Below are positions 15,141-24,963 of a stretch of 64,000 nucleotides of DNA, piece by piece. The stretch comes from an uncultured delta proteobacterium (GTDB taxonomy: Bacteria > Myxococcota > Myxococcia > Myxococcales > Anaeromyxobacteraceae). The stretch is taken from the NCBI GenBank assembly GCA_963814585.1, contig CAWFDF010000011.1, positions 32,001 to 96,000 of the forward strand, read 5' to 3'. The notes beneath the pieces were generated by a model. That model did no database searches and was not told the origin of the DNA. It worked only from the letters and a program-made list of their open reading frames with translations. Both the position numbers and the translations under genes were made by a program. Position 1 is the stretch's first letter, and the number at the start of each line of letters is the position of its first letter.

Positions 15141-15814
15141 GGCGCCCCGGGCGCGTAGGCCAGCGCCAGGCCTCGAGCCAGCAGCCGCCAGCCGTCCACC
15201 GCCACCAGCAGGAGGAGCTTGAGCGGCAGCGATACCGAGGTCGGCGAGAGCTGGGTCAGGCCCAGCGCCAGCAGCACGTTGGCCACCACCAGGTCGACCA
15301 GCAGGAAGGGCAGGAAGACGAGGAAGCCGATGGTGAAGGCGCGACGCAGCTCCGAGACCATGAAGGCCGGCGCGAGCACCGCCAGGTCGTCGCCGCTCAC
15401 CTCCGCGGCCGGCGCCGCCGGCCGGAGCCGCCGGGCCAGGTCCAGGAAGGCCTCGCGGTCGTCGGCCCGGGCAAAGCGGGCGAGGAAGTCCTTGAGCGGC
15501 ACCGCGGCCCTGGCCCCGGCCGCCAGCGCGCCGGCGTCGCCCCCCGGAGGAGCGGACCGCGCCGCCACCCAGGCCGCCTCGCCCACCGGGGCCATCACTG
15601 CCAGCGTCAGGACCAGCGCCAGCCCGGTGACCGCCGTGGTGGGTGGCACCTGGGGAGCGCCCAGCGCGGAGCGGAGCACCGAGAGGACGACCGAGATCTT
15701 GAGGAAGGAGGTGAGCGTGACCAGCAGGACCGGCACCAGCGCGGTGGCGCCGAGCAGCAGGAGCCAGTCGGCGGGGCGGGCGGCCAGCGGGCCCGCGGGG
15801 AGCGAGGCGATCAC
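15137..15814 (-). CDS. sctR: SctR/FliP export protein
   Basis: TSFLKISVVLSVLRSALGAPQVPP, PAFMVSELRRAFTIGFLVFLPFLLVDLVVAN, SLPLKLLLLVAVDGW. Confidence 0.93.
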   Translation of the reverse strand: MIASLPAGPLAARPADWLLLLGATALVPVLLVTLTSFLKISVVLSVLRSALGAPQVPPTTAVTGLALVLTLAVMAPVGEAAWVAARSAPPGGDAGALAAGARAAVPLKDFLARFARADDREAFLDLARRLRPAAPAAEVSGDDLAVLAPAFMVSELRRAFTIGFLVFLPFLLVDLVVANVLLALGLTQLSPTSVSLPLKLLLLVAVDGWRLLARGLALAYAPGAP

Positions 15815-16155
15815 GGCTCGGGCTCCGGCCCCATCCACCCCGACTCGGCCAGCAACCGGACGCCGTCCCGCCCCACGCCGAGCAGCATGGGCCGGCCATC
15901 GAGCTCCACCAGCACCGCCGTGGCGTCGCGGGCCAGCGCGGCCCGGGCCAGCACGCGCAGCCTCGGCTGGGGCGCCTCGCCCGATCGGTGGCGGGCCAGC
16001 ACGACCACCGCGCCGAGTCCGAGGGCGACCAGGCCGGCGCGCGCCGCGATCGGTCCCGCCTCGCCCGGCAGGAGGGCCAGGACGCCGCAGCCGAGCGCGC
16101 CGGCGACGAGGAGGGCCACGGGCAGGACGCGAGGCCAGAGCGCGAGCTGGTTCAC
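15811..16155 (-). CDS. FliO-like membrane protein
   Basis: TM helices followed by LRVLARAALARDATAVLVELDGRPMLLGVG, a FliO-type beta motif; lies between the FliN-like and FliP-like genes as fliO does. Confidence 0.7.
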   Translation of the reverse strand: MNQLALWPRVLPVALLVAGALGCGVLALLPGEAGPIAARAGLVALGLGAVVVLARHRSGEAPQPRLRVLARAALARDATAVLVELDGRPMLLGVGRDGVRLLAESGWMGPEPEP

Positions 16156-17135
16156 GGCAGGACCTCCAGCGACAGAACCCGAACGCCGACCGCGCCGTCG
16201 ATCTCCACCAGCTCGCCGCGCCCGATGGGCCGCTCTCCGATCCGCAGGGTCACCAGGCCTCGCCGGTCGAGCTGGACCGGCAGGGCGGCGCCGGGGGCGA
16301 GCCGGGACAGGTCGTTCAGCGTCAGCGGGACCCGGGCCAGCTCCACATCGAGGAGGATTGGCACCTGCGCCAGGTGAGGCTCCATGGTGGTCGTCTCCAC
16401 GAGGAAGGCGCCGTCGGACACGGTTCCGAGGGCGGTGAAGCCGCCGGGGAAGACGAGGCGGTGGCGTCCTTCGGGCGGCGGATCGGCCAGCACCACGTCG
16501 CCCGGGGCCAACGCCCGCAGCTCCTCGGGAAGCAGCGGCGCCGTGCCCCCGCGGAGGGAGGCGAAGAGTGGGAAGGCCGGCAGCGGCTCGGCCAGCCCGG
16601 GCGGGTCGGCCAGCGCCAGGACCGCCGCCGGCGGGAGGAGCAGCCGGGCCCGTCCGCGCACCTCTCCGGCCGCCACGTCGAGGTCGATGGCCAGTGGTGA
16701 CGAGGGGGTCGGCGCGTCGCGCACCAGGCGGGGCGCGAGCCGCTCGCCGACCCGGTCGAGCCCTGCGGCGCCGTCGATGGCGGCAAGCACCAGCAGCTCC
16801 AGCGCCGACTCCTCCAGCGGCGTGAGGGCGGTGGCGCCGATCACCGGCTCACCGCCGCCCGAGAGCTGCGAGACCAGGCGAGCCACCAGTACGGGCTCCA
16901 CCTCGAGCAAGGCCGCGCCGGGGAGCGCGCCGAGCTCGATGGAGAGGCGAAGGAGCGGCCGGACCGGGGCTGCGGCCACCGGGCGGGCCCGGCCGGTGAG
17001 CGTCACCTCCACGCCGAGCACCTCGGCCATGGCGCGGGCCGCTGCGGCGGCCGCTTCGACGCCGGTGGCCCGAGCGCCCGGGTCGAGGGCGGCGAAGCCG
17101 CGTGAGAGGGAGGGGAGGTCGAAGGGGAGCGGCAT
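16152..17135 (-). CDS. sctQ: SctQ/FliM-FliN C-ring protein
   Basis: Two SPOA-like repeats; C-terminal VELARVPLTLNDLSRLAPGAALPV…IGRGELVEIDGAVGVRV. Confidence 0.88.
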   Translation of the reverse strand: MPLPFDLPSLSRGFAALDPGARATGVEAAAAAARAMAEVLGVEVTLTGRARPVAAAPVRPLLRLSIELGALPGAALLEVEPVLVARLVSQLSGGGEPVIGATALTPLEESALELLVLAAIDGAAGLDRVGERLAPRLVRDAPTPSSPLAIDLDVAAGEVRGRARLLLPPAAVLALADPPGLAEPLPAFPLFASLRGGTAPLLPEELRALAPGDVVLADPPPEGRHRLVFPGGFTALGTVSDGAFLVETTTMEPHLAQVPILLDVELARVPLTLNDLSRLAPGAALPVQLDRRGLVTLRIGERPIGRGELVEIDGAVGVRVLSLEVLP

Positions 17136-17182
17136 GGACCTGGAGTCTTCACGCGGCGTGCCGCGCACAACCGCCCGGGATC

Positions 17183-17509
17183 TCAGATCGAGCAGGCCAG
17201 GAGATCGGCCGCGGCCCGGACCGCCAGCCGATCCGCGGCCGTCCGGCCTCGACGCTCGAGCTCCAGCCGCCGGAGCAACGGGTGGGGCGGGCAGGGCGGG
17301 CTGGCGCCGGACCGGGCCTGCGTCCCAGGCTCGGCGAGGGAGGCCGCCAGCGCTGCCAGCCGGGCCCGGCGCGGGGCCGTGGCCAGGGCGCTGGCCTGCC
17401 TGGCAGCCTCCGAGCCACCGGGGCCTCCGAGGCGCCCGAGCAGGCGGACCGCCCGGGCCGGCGCCAGCGTCACGGCCAGGGCCACCAACCGGTGTCGCCC
17501 CGCGGTCAC
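17183..17509 (-). CDS. Small hypothetical protein in the T3SS cluster (in the sctK position)
   Basis: GTG overlaps the sctJ stop (GTGA); fills the gap between sctJ and sctQ. Confidence 0.5.
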   Translation of the reverse strand: MTAGRHRLVALAVTLAPARAVRLLGRLGGPGGSEAARQASALATAPRRARLAALAASLAEPGTQARSGASPPCPPHPLLRRLELERRGRTAADRLAVRAAADLLACSI

Positions 17510-18231
17510 CGGGCGACCCCAGCGCGCCCCCGGTCGCGCCAGGCCAGCGCCCCCAGGGCGCAGGCCGCCAGCGCCGCCACCCCGGCCAGCCACGGAGCGA
17601 GGCGCCAGGGTCTCGCCGCCGTCGCAGACCGTGCCGGCACCGCCTCGGCGATGACCACCGCCACCGCTTCGGGTGAGAGCCCCTCGGCCGCGCCGGCCAC
17701 CAGCGACCGCAGGCCCCCCTCGAGGTCGCGCAGCGAGGCACAGGCCGCCGGCCGGCACTTGACGAGGAGCGCCGCTCGCGGCGCGGTCCGCTGGCCCGGA
17801 TGGAGCGGATCCTCGGCCGGCAGCCCGAGGTGGACCCGCGCCTCGACCACACCGTCGAGGGCCTCGATGCTCCTCGCCAGCTCGCCGGAGAGGGCGTGGA
17901 GCCAGCGGGCCCGCTCCTCGACCGGCGTCGGGACCATGCCTCCCTGCCCGAACACCTCCCCCAGCCCTTGCGGCCGGGCACGAGGCAGCTGCCGGGCGGC
18001 CAGCACGCGGTGGGCGCGGCCCGCCTCGCCACGCCGCACGGTCACGGTCCAGGCCGCCTCGGTCCCCTCCTGCCGCGCCTTGCCGGCGGGCACCCCCTCC
18101 TCGTCGAGCGCCACCAGCACCTCGTTGGCCTGCCGCTCGGCGAGGTCGTGGAGCAGGGGCTCGTCACCGCAGCCGGCGAGGAGGGAGCCGACGGCGGCGA
18201 GCGAGAGGAACCGGAGCGGGGCGCAGGACAT
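17506..18231 (-). CDS. sctJ: SctJ/YscJ inner-membrane ring lipoprotein
   Basis: Lipobox LLAGC, LAERQANEVLVAL, GELARSIEALDGVVEARVH, C-terminal TM helix. Confidence 0.92.
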   Translation of the reverse strand: MSCAPLRFLSLAAVGSLLAGCGDEPLLHDLAERQANEVLVALDEEGVPAGKARQEGTEAAWTVTVRRGEAGRAHRVLAARQLPRARPQGLGEVFGQGGMVPTPVEERARWLHALSGELARSIEALDGVVEARVHLGLPAEDPLHPGQRTAPRAALLVKCRPAACASLRDLEGGLRSLVAGAAEGLSPEAVAVVIAEAVPARSATAARPWRLAPWLAGVAALAACALGALAWRDRGRAGVAR

Positions 18232-18240
18232 GACGGGGTC

Positions 18241-18585
18241 CTACACCTGGGCGTTGACCGCCTGCTTCACCGCCTGGACGCCGTGCTCCACCAGCTTGGA
18301 GGCCACGTCGAGCGTCTGCGTGAACCGGTAGGTGTCGGACTGCAGCGCCAGCAGTTCACCAGCCGTGAAGGTCCGGCCAGCGCGGGCGGCCTGCATCACG
18401 CGGTCGATGCGGGCCTGCGCGCTCTCCAGCGAGCCCAGGGCCTGGGCCAGCCGTGTCGCCGGGCCGGGCGGGCCTGGCGGCGGCGCGTGGGCGGCCAGGC
18501 TGACCTCGAAGCGCGCGCCCGCGGTGGGGCGCGGGGTGGTGCAGGGCGCGGCCACGGCGGCCGGAGCCACGGGCGGGACGGTCAC
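18241..18585 (-). CDS. Putative inner-rod protein (SctI/HrpB2-like)
   Basis: C-terminal ELLALQ…Y…LDVASKLVEHGVQAVKQAVNAQV resembles SctI C-termini; immediately upstream of sctJ. Confidence 0.6.
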   Translation of the reverse strand: MTVPPVAPAAVAAPCTTPRPTAGARFEVSLAAHAPPPGPPGPATRLAQALGSLESAQARIDRVMQAARAGRTFTAGELLALQSDTYRFTQTLDVASKLVEHGVQAVKQAVNAQV

Positions 18586-18594
18586 GGGCCCCTC

Positions 18595-19008
18595 CTAGTG
18601 GATGTTGCCGATGGCGGAGCGGGCGGTGTCGTGCTTCACGCGCATGACGTTGGAGAGCGTGGTGAACTCCCGGCTCTCCTGCTGCATCCGCTCCTGAAGC
18701 TGCAGGTAGTGCAGGTTCATGGCCTGCGCCTCCTGCTGCATGGCCCGGGTGGCCTCGAGCAGGTCACCGGGCGAGCCGGTGCCGCCGCTGGCGGCCCCGC
18801 TCACGGAGGTGGCGCTGCCCTTGAGGCCGGCGCGGACGGCTCCGGCCAGGACGTTGCCGAAGGGGACGGCGGGGGCGGCCAGCTCGACGGCGCCGACCAC
18901 CCCGGCGGCGAGGGTGCGGGTGGCCCCCTGCAGCGCCGCCTCGAAGCGGCCCGGCACGGTCTTGCGCTCGGTGCTGGGTGCGACGGTGATCGACTCGACT
19001 CGGCTCAT
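18595..19008 (-). CDS. Putative needle-subunit-like protein (SctF-like C-terminal helix hairpin)
   Basis: YLQLQERMQQESREFTTLSNVMRVKHDTARSAIGNIH resembles SctF C-termini; Shine-Dalgarno GGAGG upstream; first gene of the operon. Confidence 0.55.
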   Translation of the reverse strand: MSRVESITVAPSTERKTVPGRFEAALQGATRTLAAGVVGAVELAAPAVPFGNVLAGAVRAGLKGSATSVSGAASGGTGSPGDLLEATRAMQQEAQAMNLHYLQLQERMQQESREFTTLSNVMRVKHDTARSAIGNIH

Positions 19009-19033
19009 GGCGATTCCTCCCGGCCGGGCATGG

Positions 19034-19049
19034 AGCAACCGGCGTGCCC
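19034..19049 (-). promoter_or_regulatory. Sigma54 (RpoN) -24/-12 promoter of the T3SS operon
   Basis: Minus strand GGGCACGCCGGTTGCT = GG-N10-GC, close to the TGGCACGNNNNTTGCW consensus, just upstream of the SD and ATG 19008. Confidence 0.75.
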
Positions 19050-19202
19050 GGGAGGCTGTCGCGGAATCGCTGGAGAAGCGCCACGGAGGTCGAGGGGGAA
19101 TCGGCCGCCCGGCGGCCGATCGGGCCGGGCCACGGGCCGGAGCGCCGGAGCGATGATGGGCCCGCGTCGTGGCCCGAGCTGCGGGGCCAGGCGAAGTGGA
19201 CA

Positions 19203-19277
19203 GGGACGGCCTGGCTTGGACTACTCCGGGTCAGGGGGGATGCGGGACGGCCTGGCCTGAACGACTCCGGGTCAGGG
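19203..19277. repeat. Tandem 34-bp direct repeat (31/34 identical, period 41 bp), candidate enhancer-binding sites
   Basis: gggacggcctggcttggactactccgggtcaggg (19203-19236) and gggacggcctggcctgaacgactccgggtcaggg (19244-19277). Confidence 0.8.
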
Positions 19278-20948
19278 AATGGCCGGCGCCCCCTCGAGGC
19301 GCGGCTCGCTGGCCGCCTCGCGCAGGCCAGTCGTCCAGTCGATGGCGGCCGCCTGTGGGTTCCCGAAGGGGCGGGCCCGGAAGCGCAGAAGGTGGCCGCG
19401 GGCGCGGAGCGCGTCGGCGGTGGCGGCGTCGAGGCCGAAGGGCTCGACCACCACCTCGTCCGGCTGCCACTGGTGGTGGATGCGGGGCGCGCCGAGCGCC
19501 TGGTCGAGCGGCATGCCGTCGCCGAGGACGTGCATGATCACCTGGGCCACGGTGGAGGGGATGGTGGCGCCGCCCGGCGCCCCCACCGCCAGCACGGCGC
19601 GCCCCGCGGCGTCGAAGACCAGCGTCGGCGCCATCGAGGAGAGCGGCCGCTTGCCCGGCGCCACCGAGTTGACGCCGGTGCCGACCAGGCCGAAGGCGTT
19701 GGGGACGCCCGGGGCGGCGTCGAAGTCGTCCATCTGGTCGTTGAGCAGCAGCCCGGTCCCCGGCACCACCAGGCAGGCGCCGAACCAGCCGTTGACCGTG
19801 GTCGTGAGCGAGACGGCGTTGCCGTCGGCGTCGACCACCGAGACGTGCGAGGTGTGCTGGCCGCCCGGCGCCTCCGGCGAGGGCGGCGCGATGGCCGAAG
19901 ACGGCGTGGCCCGCTCCCCCACCTCGGCCCGGACCCGCCTGGCCCAGTCCGGGCTGGTGAGCTCGGCCGCCGCGGCGTCGGCGGAGGGGAGGAAGGCCGG
20001 GTCGGCGAAGCGGCCGGCCCGCTGGGCGAAGAGCCGGCGCTCCACCTCGACCAGGGCGTGGAGCTGGCCGGCCGGCCGGTAGCCCTGGGCTGCCGTGAAG
20101 TCACCGTCGAGCGCCTGCAGCAACCCGATGACGATGGCGCCGCCGGCCGATGGAGGCGGGAAGGAGGCCACGCGGTGGCCGCGGAAGGTCCCGGTGAGCG
20201 GCGTCCGCTCCACCGTCCGGTAGGCGGCCAGGTCGGCGGCGGTGAGCAGGCCGCCGCGCGCCCGCACCGCGGCCACCAGCTGCCGGGCCAGCGGGCCGCG
20301 GTAGAGCGCCTCGGGATCCCGGCCGAGCAGCCGGAGCGTGCGGGCCAGCTCGGGGCGGCGGAGCGAGTCACCGGGGCGGCGCGGCACGCGCGCGCCGGCC
20401 TCGCCGGGGACCAGGAACTCGGCGGCCGCGGCGGCGTCGCCGCGCAGGCACTCCAGCCGATCCCCGGCGGCCAGCGCGTGGTACGGGCCCACCTGGAACC
20501 CCCGCTCCGCGAGCCTGGCGGCCGGCTCGGCGAGCCTGGCGAGGGCGAGCCGACCGAAGCGGCGGGCCAGCTCGGCGTAGCCCTTCACCGCGCCCGGCAC
20601 CGCCACCGCGAGGCCGCCCTCGGTCGAGCGCCCGGGGGCCGGCCGTCCGGCCTCGAGGAACATGTCGCGGGAGGCCGCCGCGGGCGCCACCTCGCGGAAG
20701 TCGAGCGCCAGCAGCCGCCGCTCCTTCGCCAACCAGACCAGCGCGAAGCCGCCGCCGCCCAGGCCGGAGCTCTCGTTCTGCACCACCGAGAGGGCCAGCG
20801 CGGCGGCCACCGCGGCGTCGACGGCGTTGCCGCCGGCGCGGAGCGCCTCGGCGCCGGCGGCGCTGGCGAGCGGGTGGGCGGTGGCGACGGCCCCGCGCGG
20901 CGAGGCGGCGGTCCCGGCGAGGAGGAGGGCGAGCAGGCAGCCGTTCAT
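19272..20948 (-). CDS. ggt: Gamma-glutamyltransferase
   Basis: GGNAVDAAVA, SGLGGGGF, DFRE, nucleophile HTSHVSVVD, LNDQMDDF, RPLSSMAP; signal peptide. Confidence 0.95.
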   Translation of the reverse strand: MNGCLLALLLAGTAASPRGAVATAHPLASAAGAEALRAGGNAVDAAVAAALALSVVQNESSGLGGGGFALVWLAKERRLLALDFREVAPAAASRDMFLEAGRPAPGRSTEGGLAVAVPGAVKGYAELARRFGRLALARLAEPAARLAERGFQVGPYHALAAGDRLECLRGDAAAAAEFLVPGEAGARVPRRPGDSLRRPELARTLRLLGRDPEALYRGPLARQLVAAVRARGGLLTAADLAAYRTVERTPLTGTFRGHRVASFPPPSAGGAIVIGLLQALDGDFTAAQGYRPAGQLHALVEVERRLFAQRAGRFADPAFLPSADAAAAELTSPDWARRVRAEVGERATPSSAIAPPSPEAPGGQHTSHVSVVDADGNAVSLTTTVNGWFGACLVVPGTGLLLNDQMDDFDAAPGVPNAFGLVGTGVNSVAPGKRPLSSMAPTLVFDAAGRAVLAVGAPGGATIPSTVAQVIMHVLGDGMPLDQALGAPRIHHQWQPDEVVVEPFGLDAATADALRARGHLLRFRARPFGNPQAAAIDWTTGLREAASEPRLEGAPAIP

Positions 20949-20981
20949 GGGGGAGAGCCTGCCGCGATCGGGGGGTGAGCG

Positions 20982-21080
20982 CCAGTGCCCCGACCCAGGC
21001 AGGATGACGTGACGAGGCCGCCTGCCGCAGCGAGAGGATCGGCTCTCGCACGAGGCATCTTGCCTGGGTCTGGACACTAC
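20982..21080 (-). mobile_element. Second, shorter and diverged copy of the REPIN/MITE-like element
   Basis: Reverse complement gtagtgtccagacccaggcaagatgcctcgtgcgagagccgatcctctcgctgcggcaggcggcctcgtcacgtcatcctgcctggg… matches 10251-10433 minus its central segment. Confidence 0.8.
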
Positions 21081-21120
21081 GCCGTGGTCGTCCCCACCGG
21101 ACGCTTCGCGCTCGAGGGAG

Positions 21121-21897
21121 GTGACCGGAGCGACCAGGGAGCTTGCGCCAATCCCGATCAGCGGCGAGGCTGCCCGGGTGAGCGTGCTCGTCGCCCTCGT
21201 CTCCTACGGCCTCGCCGCGGTGGTGATCTCCCTCACCTTCCCGGTGGCGCTGCTGCTCCGGCTCGCCACCTTCCCCTTCGACCGCCACCGGCTGCTGGTG
21301 GGATGGTCGCTGGTCTGGCTGGGCCGGTTCTTCATCCGCACCTCGCCCCTCTGGGACGTGACGGTGGAGGGGACCCTGCCGGCGCCGCCCCTGACCTACG
21401 TGGTGGTGCCCAACCACCAGTCGCTGGTGGACGCGCTGGCGGTGGCCTGCCTGCCCGCCAACCTGAAGTGGATCGGCAAGCGCTCGGCCTTCCAGCTTCC
21501 CTGGCTGGGCTGGGCCTTCAGCCTGGCCGGCTACGTGCCGGTGCTGCGCGGGGAGCGGGCCGATGGCCGCCGGGCGCTGGCCCGGCTGCGCCGCTACCTG
21601 GCCGAGGGGGTCCCGGTGGGCCTCTTCGCCGAGGGGACGCGCAGCCGCGACGGGCAGCTCAAGGACTTCAAGGCCGGGCCGTTCAAGCTCGCCGTCGAGG
21701 CGGGCGTGCCGGTCATCCCGGTGGCCATCTCCGGGGCGGGCGCGGCCATGCCGGCCGACCAGGCCTGGATCCGCCCCTCCCGCATCACCGTCCGCATCCT
21801 CGAGCCCATCCCGACCACCGGGATGACGGTGCAGGACGTCGAGCGGCTGCGGGCCGAGGTGCGCCAGCGGCTGCTCGACGCGGTGGAGCCCAGGTAG
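21121..21897 (+). CDS. 1-acyl-sn-glycerol-3-phosphate (lysophospholipid) acyltransferase
   Basis: NHQSLVD and FAEGTRS motifs. Confidence 0.9.
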   Translation: MTGATRELAPIPISGEAARVSVLVALVSYGLAAVVISLTFPVALLLRLATFPFDRHRLLVGWSLVWLGRFFIRTSPLWDVTVEGTLPAPPLTYVVVPNHQSLVDALAVACLPANLKWIGKRSAFQLPWLGWAFSLAGYVPVLRGERADGRRALARLRRYLAEGVPVGLFAEGTRSRDGQLKDFKAGPFKLAVEAGVPVIPVAISGAGAAMPADQAWIRPSRITVRILEPIPTTGMTVQDVERLRAEVRQRLLDAVEPR

Positions 21898-22114
21898 GAT
21901 CGCGAGCCCGGGTATGATCGCGCGCCCGGGAGGCAGGGTCGGGGCGGGCGCGGGACGGGAGCCGTGCCGGGCGGGCGGCCCGCAGGAGGACGGGGACGCC
22001 GCTGGCCGACGCGCCACGCCCCGGGTGGCGTAGGATGCGCGGGAAGCCGGGCCGCTGGACCGGGAACGACCAGGCCCGAGGGCGCCGGCGAGCCAGGACG
22101 CACGGGGAGGGAAC

Positions 22115-22531
22115 ATGATCAGCTGGAAGCCGTCCATGGCGGTGGGGATCGACGAGATCGACGAGCAGCACCAGGAGATCATCCGCCGCGCCGGCCAGTT
22201 CCTCGAGAGCCTCGCCGACCGGTCCCGCCAGGACACCGGGATCCTGCTCTCCTACCTGCGCAACTACTGCGTGACGCACTTCGGCGCGGAGGAGGCCTGG
22301 ATGCGCGAGTCGGCCTACCCGGGCCGGGCCGACCACCAGAAGGAGCACGACGCCTTCATCAAGAAGCTGATGGCGCTCAGCGCCGAGCACGAGAAGAAGC
22401 GCGGCCCGGGCCTGAAGGCGGACCAGGTGGCCGTGGTGCTGGAGGAGTGGCTCACCGCGCACGTGGCCGGCTCCGACATCGCGCTGGCCAAGCACCTGCG
22501 GGCCCACGGCCTGCCGGCCCGCCCGGCGTGA
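22115..22531 (+). CDS. Single-domain bacteriohemerythrin
   Basis: IDEQH, HFGAEE, HQKEH, HVAGSD di-iron ligand set. Confidence 0.93.
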   Translation: MISWKPSMAVGIDEIDEQHQEIIRRAGQFLESLADRSRQDTGILLSYLRNYCVTHFGAEEAWMRESAYPGRADHQKEHDAFIKKLMALSAEHEKKRGPGLKADQVAVVLEEWLTAHVAGSDIALAKHLRAHGLPARPA

Positions 22532-22562
22532 GCCCGCGGCGGCCGGGATCGGGGGCGCGGCA

Positions 22563-23678
22563 CTAAGTGACCGCCGCCCCGAAGAGCCGCCCCACCGCGT
22601 AGGTGATGCCGGCCGCCAGCGCCGCCAGCCCCACCATCCGGCCCGCCGAGCGCCAGATGCTGGTGCCGGAGAGGAAGCCCACGAAGCCGCCCACCCCGCC
22701 CAGCACGCCGAAGGCCAGCGCGGTGGAGGCGACCACCGCCGGCGTGCCGGAGGTGAGCAGGAAGGGGACGAGCGGCACGGTGGCGCCGATGGCGAACATC
22801 ACGAACGAGGAGCCGGCGGCGCCCAGCGGCGAGCCGAGGTCCTCGGGGTCGAGCCCCAGCTCCTCGCGCACCAGCGTATCGGCCGCCTGCTCCGGGTTCT
22901 TGAGCAGCTCGGCGGCGACCCGCGAGGCCTGCTCGGTGGAGAGCCCCTTCTGCTTGAAGATGAGCGCCAGCTCGGCGGCCTCCTCCTCCGGCGCCTCCTC
23001 GATCTCGCGCCGCTCCAGCGCCACCTGGCGCGTCAGCAGGTCGCGCTGGCTGGCCACCGAGGAGTACTCGCCGGCCGCCATGGAGAAGGCGCCGGCCAGC
23101 AGCCCGGCGAAGCCGGTCACCATCACGGTGTGCGGCTCGGCTCCGGCGCCGGCCACGCCGAGGATGAGCGAGAGGTTGGAGAGCAGGCCGTCGTTCATGC
23201 CGAAGATGGCGGCGCGGATCGAGCCGGCCCGGCCGCTGCTCCCGTGCCAGCGCTCGCGCACGGCGATGAGGGCGCGGGCGTCGCGGGTCTGGCCGTCGCC
23301 CATCCCGGCCAGCACCACCCGGTGGGCCCGCTCCTCGTCGGCGATGGCCGAGGCGTCGCCGCCCTGGGCGTCGTACTTGTCGGCGTCACCGGCCTCGGCG
23401 TCGAGGATCATGGGCACCACCGCCTCGCTGCCGAGCCGGCGCGCCAGCCAGATGAGGGCGCGGATTCGCGAGGACGGGCGGTCTGGCGGCAGGGCCACCC
23501 CCTCCTTCTCCAGCTTCCGGATCCAGATCTCGGCGTGGCGCCGCTCCGCCTCGGCCAGCTCGGTGAAGCTCCGGGCCTTGGCCGCGTCCTTCTCGTACCT
23601 GGCCATCCCCTCGTAGAGCGCGGCGCCGTCGCGCTCGTCGACGAGGTTCTGCAGCCAGAGGTCGGTGCGGGGATTCAT
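22563..23678 (-). CDS. VIT1/CCC1 metal transporter with N-terminal ferritin/rubrerythrin-like domain
   Basis: AEAERRHAE and EERAH in the N-domain; IFGMNDGL and [13 protein letters not shown] motifs. Confidence 0.9.
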   Translation of the reverse strand: MNPRTDLWLQNLVDERDGAALYEGMARYEKDAAKARSFTELAEAERRHAEIWIRKLEKEGVALPPDRPSSRIRALIWLARRLGSEAVVPMILDAEAGDADKYDAQGGDASAIADEERAHRVVLAGMGDGQTRDARALIAVRERWHGSSGRAGSIRAAIFGMNDGLLSNLSLILGVAGAGAEPHTVMVTGFAGLLAGAFSMAAGEYSSVASQRDLLTRQVALERREIEEAPEEEAAELALIFKQKGLSTEQASRVAAELLKNPEQAADTLVREELGLDPEDLGSPLGAAGSSFVMFAIGATVPLVPFLLTSGTPAVVASTALAFGVLGGVGGFVGFLSGTSIWRSAGRMVGLAALAAGITYAVGRLFGAAVT

Positions 23679-23848
23679 GTGGAGAATCTAGCTTGACGCT
23701 GCTCAGTCCGGCACGCAAATGTCCCCTGTCCACGGCCGGGTCCGACACGGCGGGGCCCCCCCCAAGAGGCCCGGCCCGGGCCCCCGGCCAGGCCGTAGGA
23801 TGCGGAGAACCAGGCGGGCGCCGCTCCTCGGCGCGACGGAGTCGGCGG

Positions 23849-24944
<1,096 letters not shown>

Positions 24945-24963
24945 CCCTCACGGAGACCTCCCC

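Noticed and set aside
10976..19008. Ordinary flagellar export operon
   Set aside because: The ring protein is a short SctJ lipoprotein rather than FliF, and no fliG, rod, hook or motor genes are present.
19203..19277. Possible mini CRISPR array
   Set aside because: Only two repeats separated by 7 bp, and no cas genes.
21898..21930. 15-bp direct repeat gatcgcg(a/c)gcccggg around TATGAT
   Set aside because: Short, GC-rich and only two copies; cannot be told apart from chance, though it may overlap a promoter.
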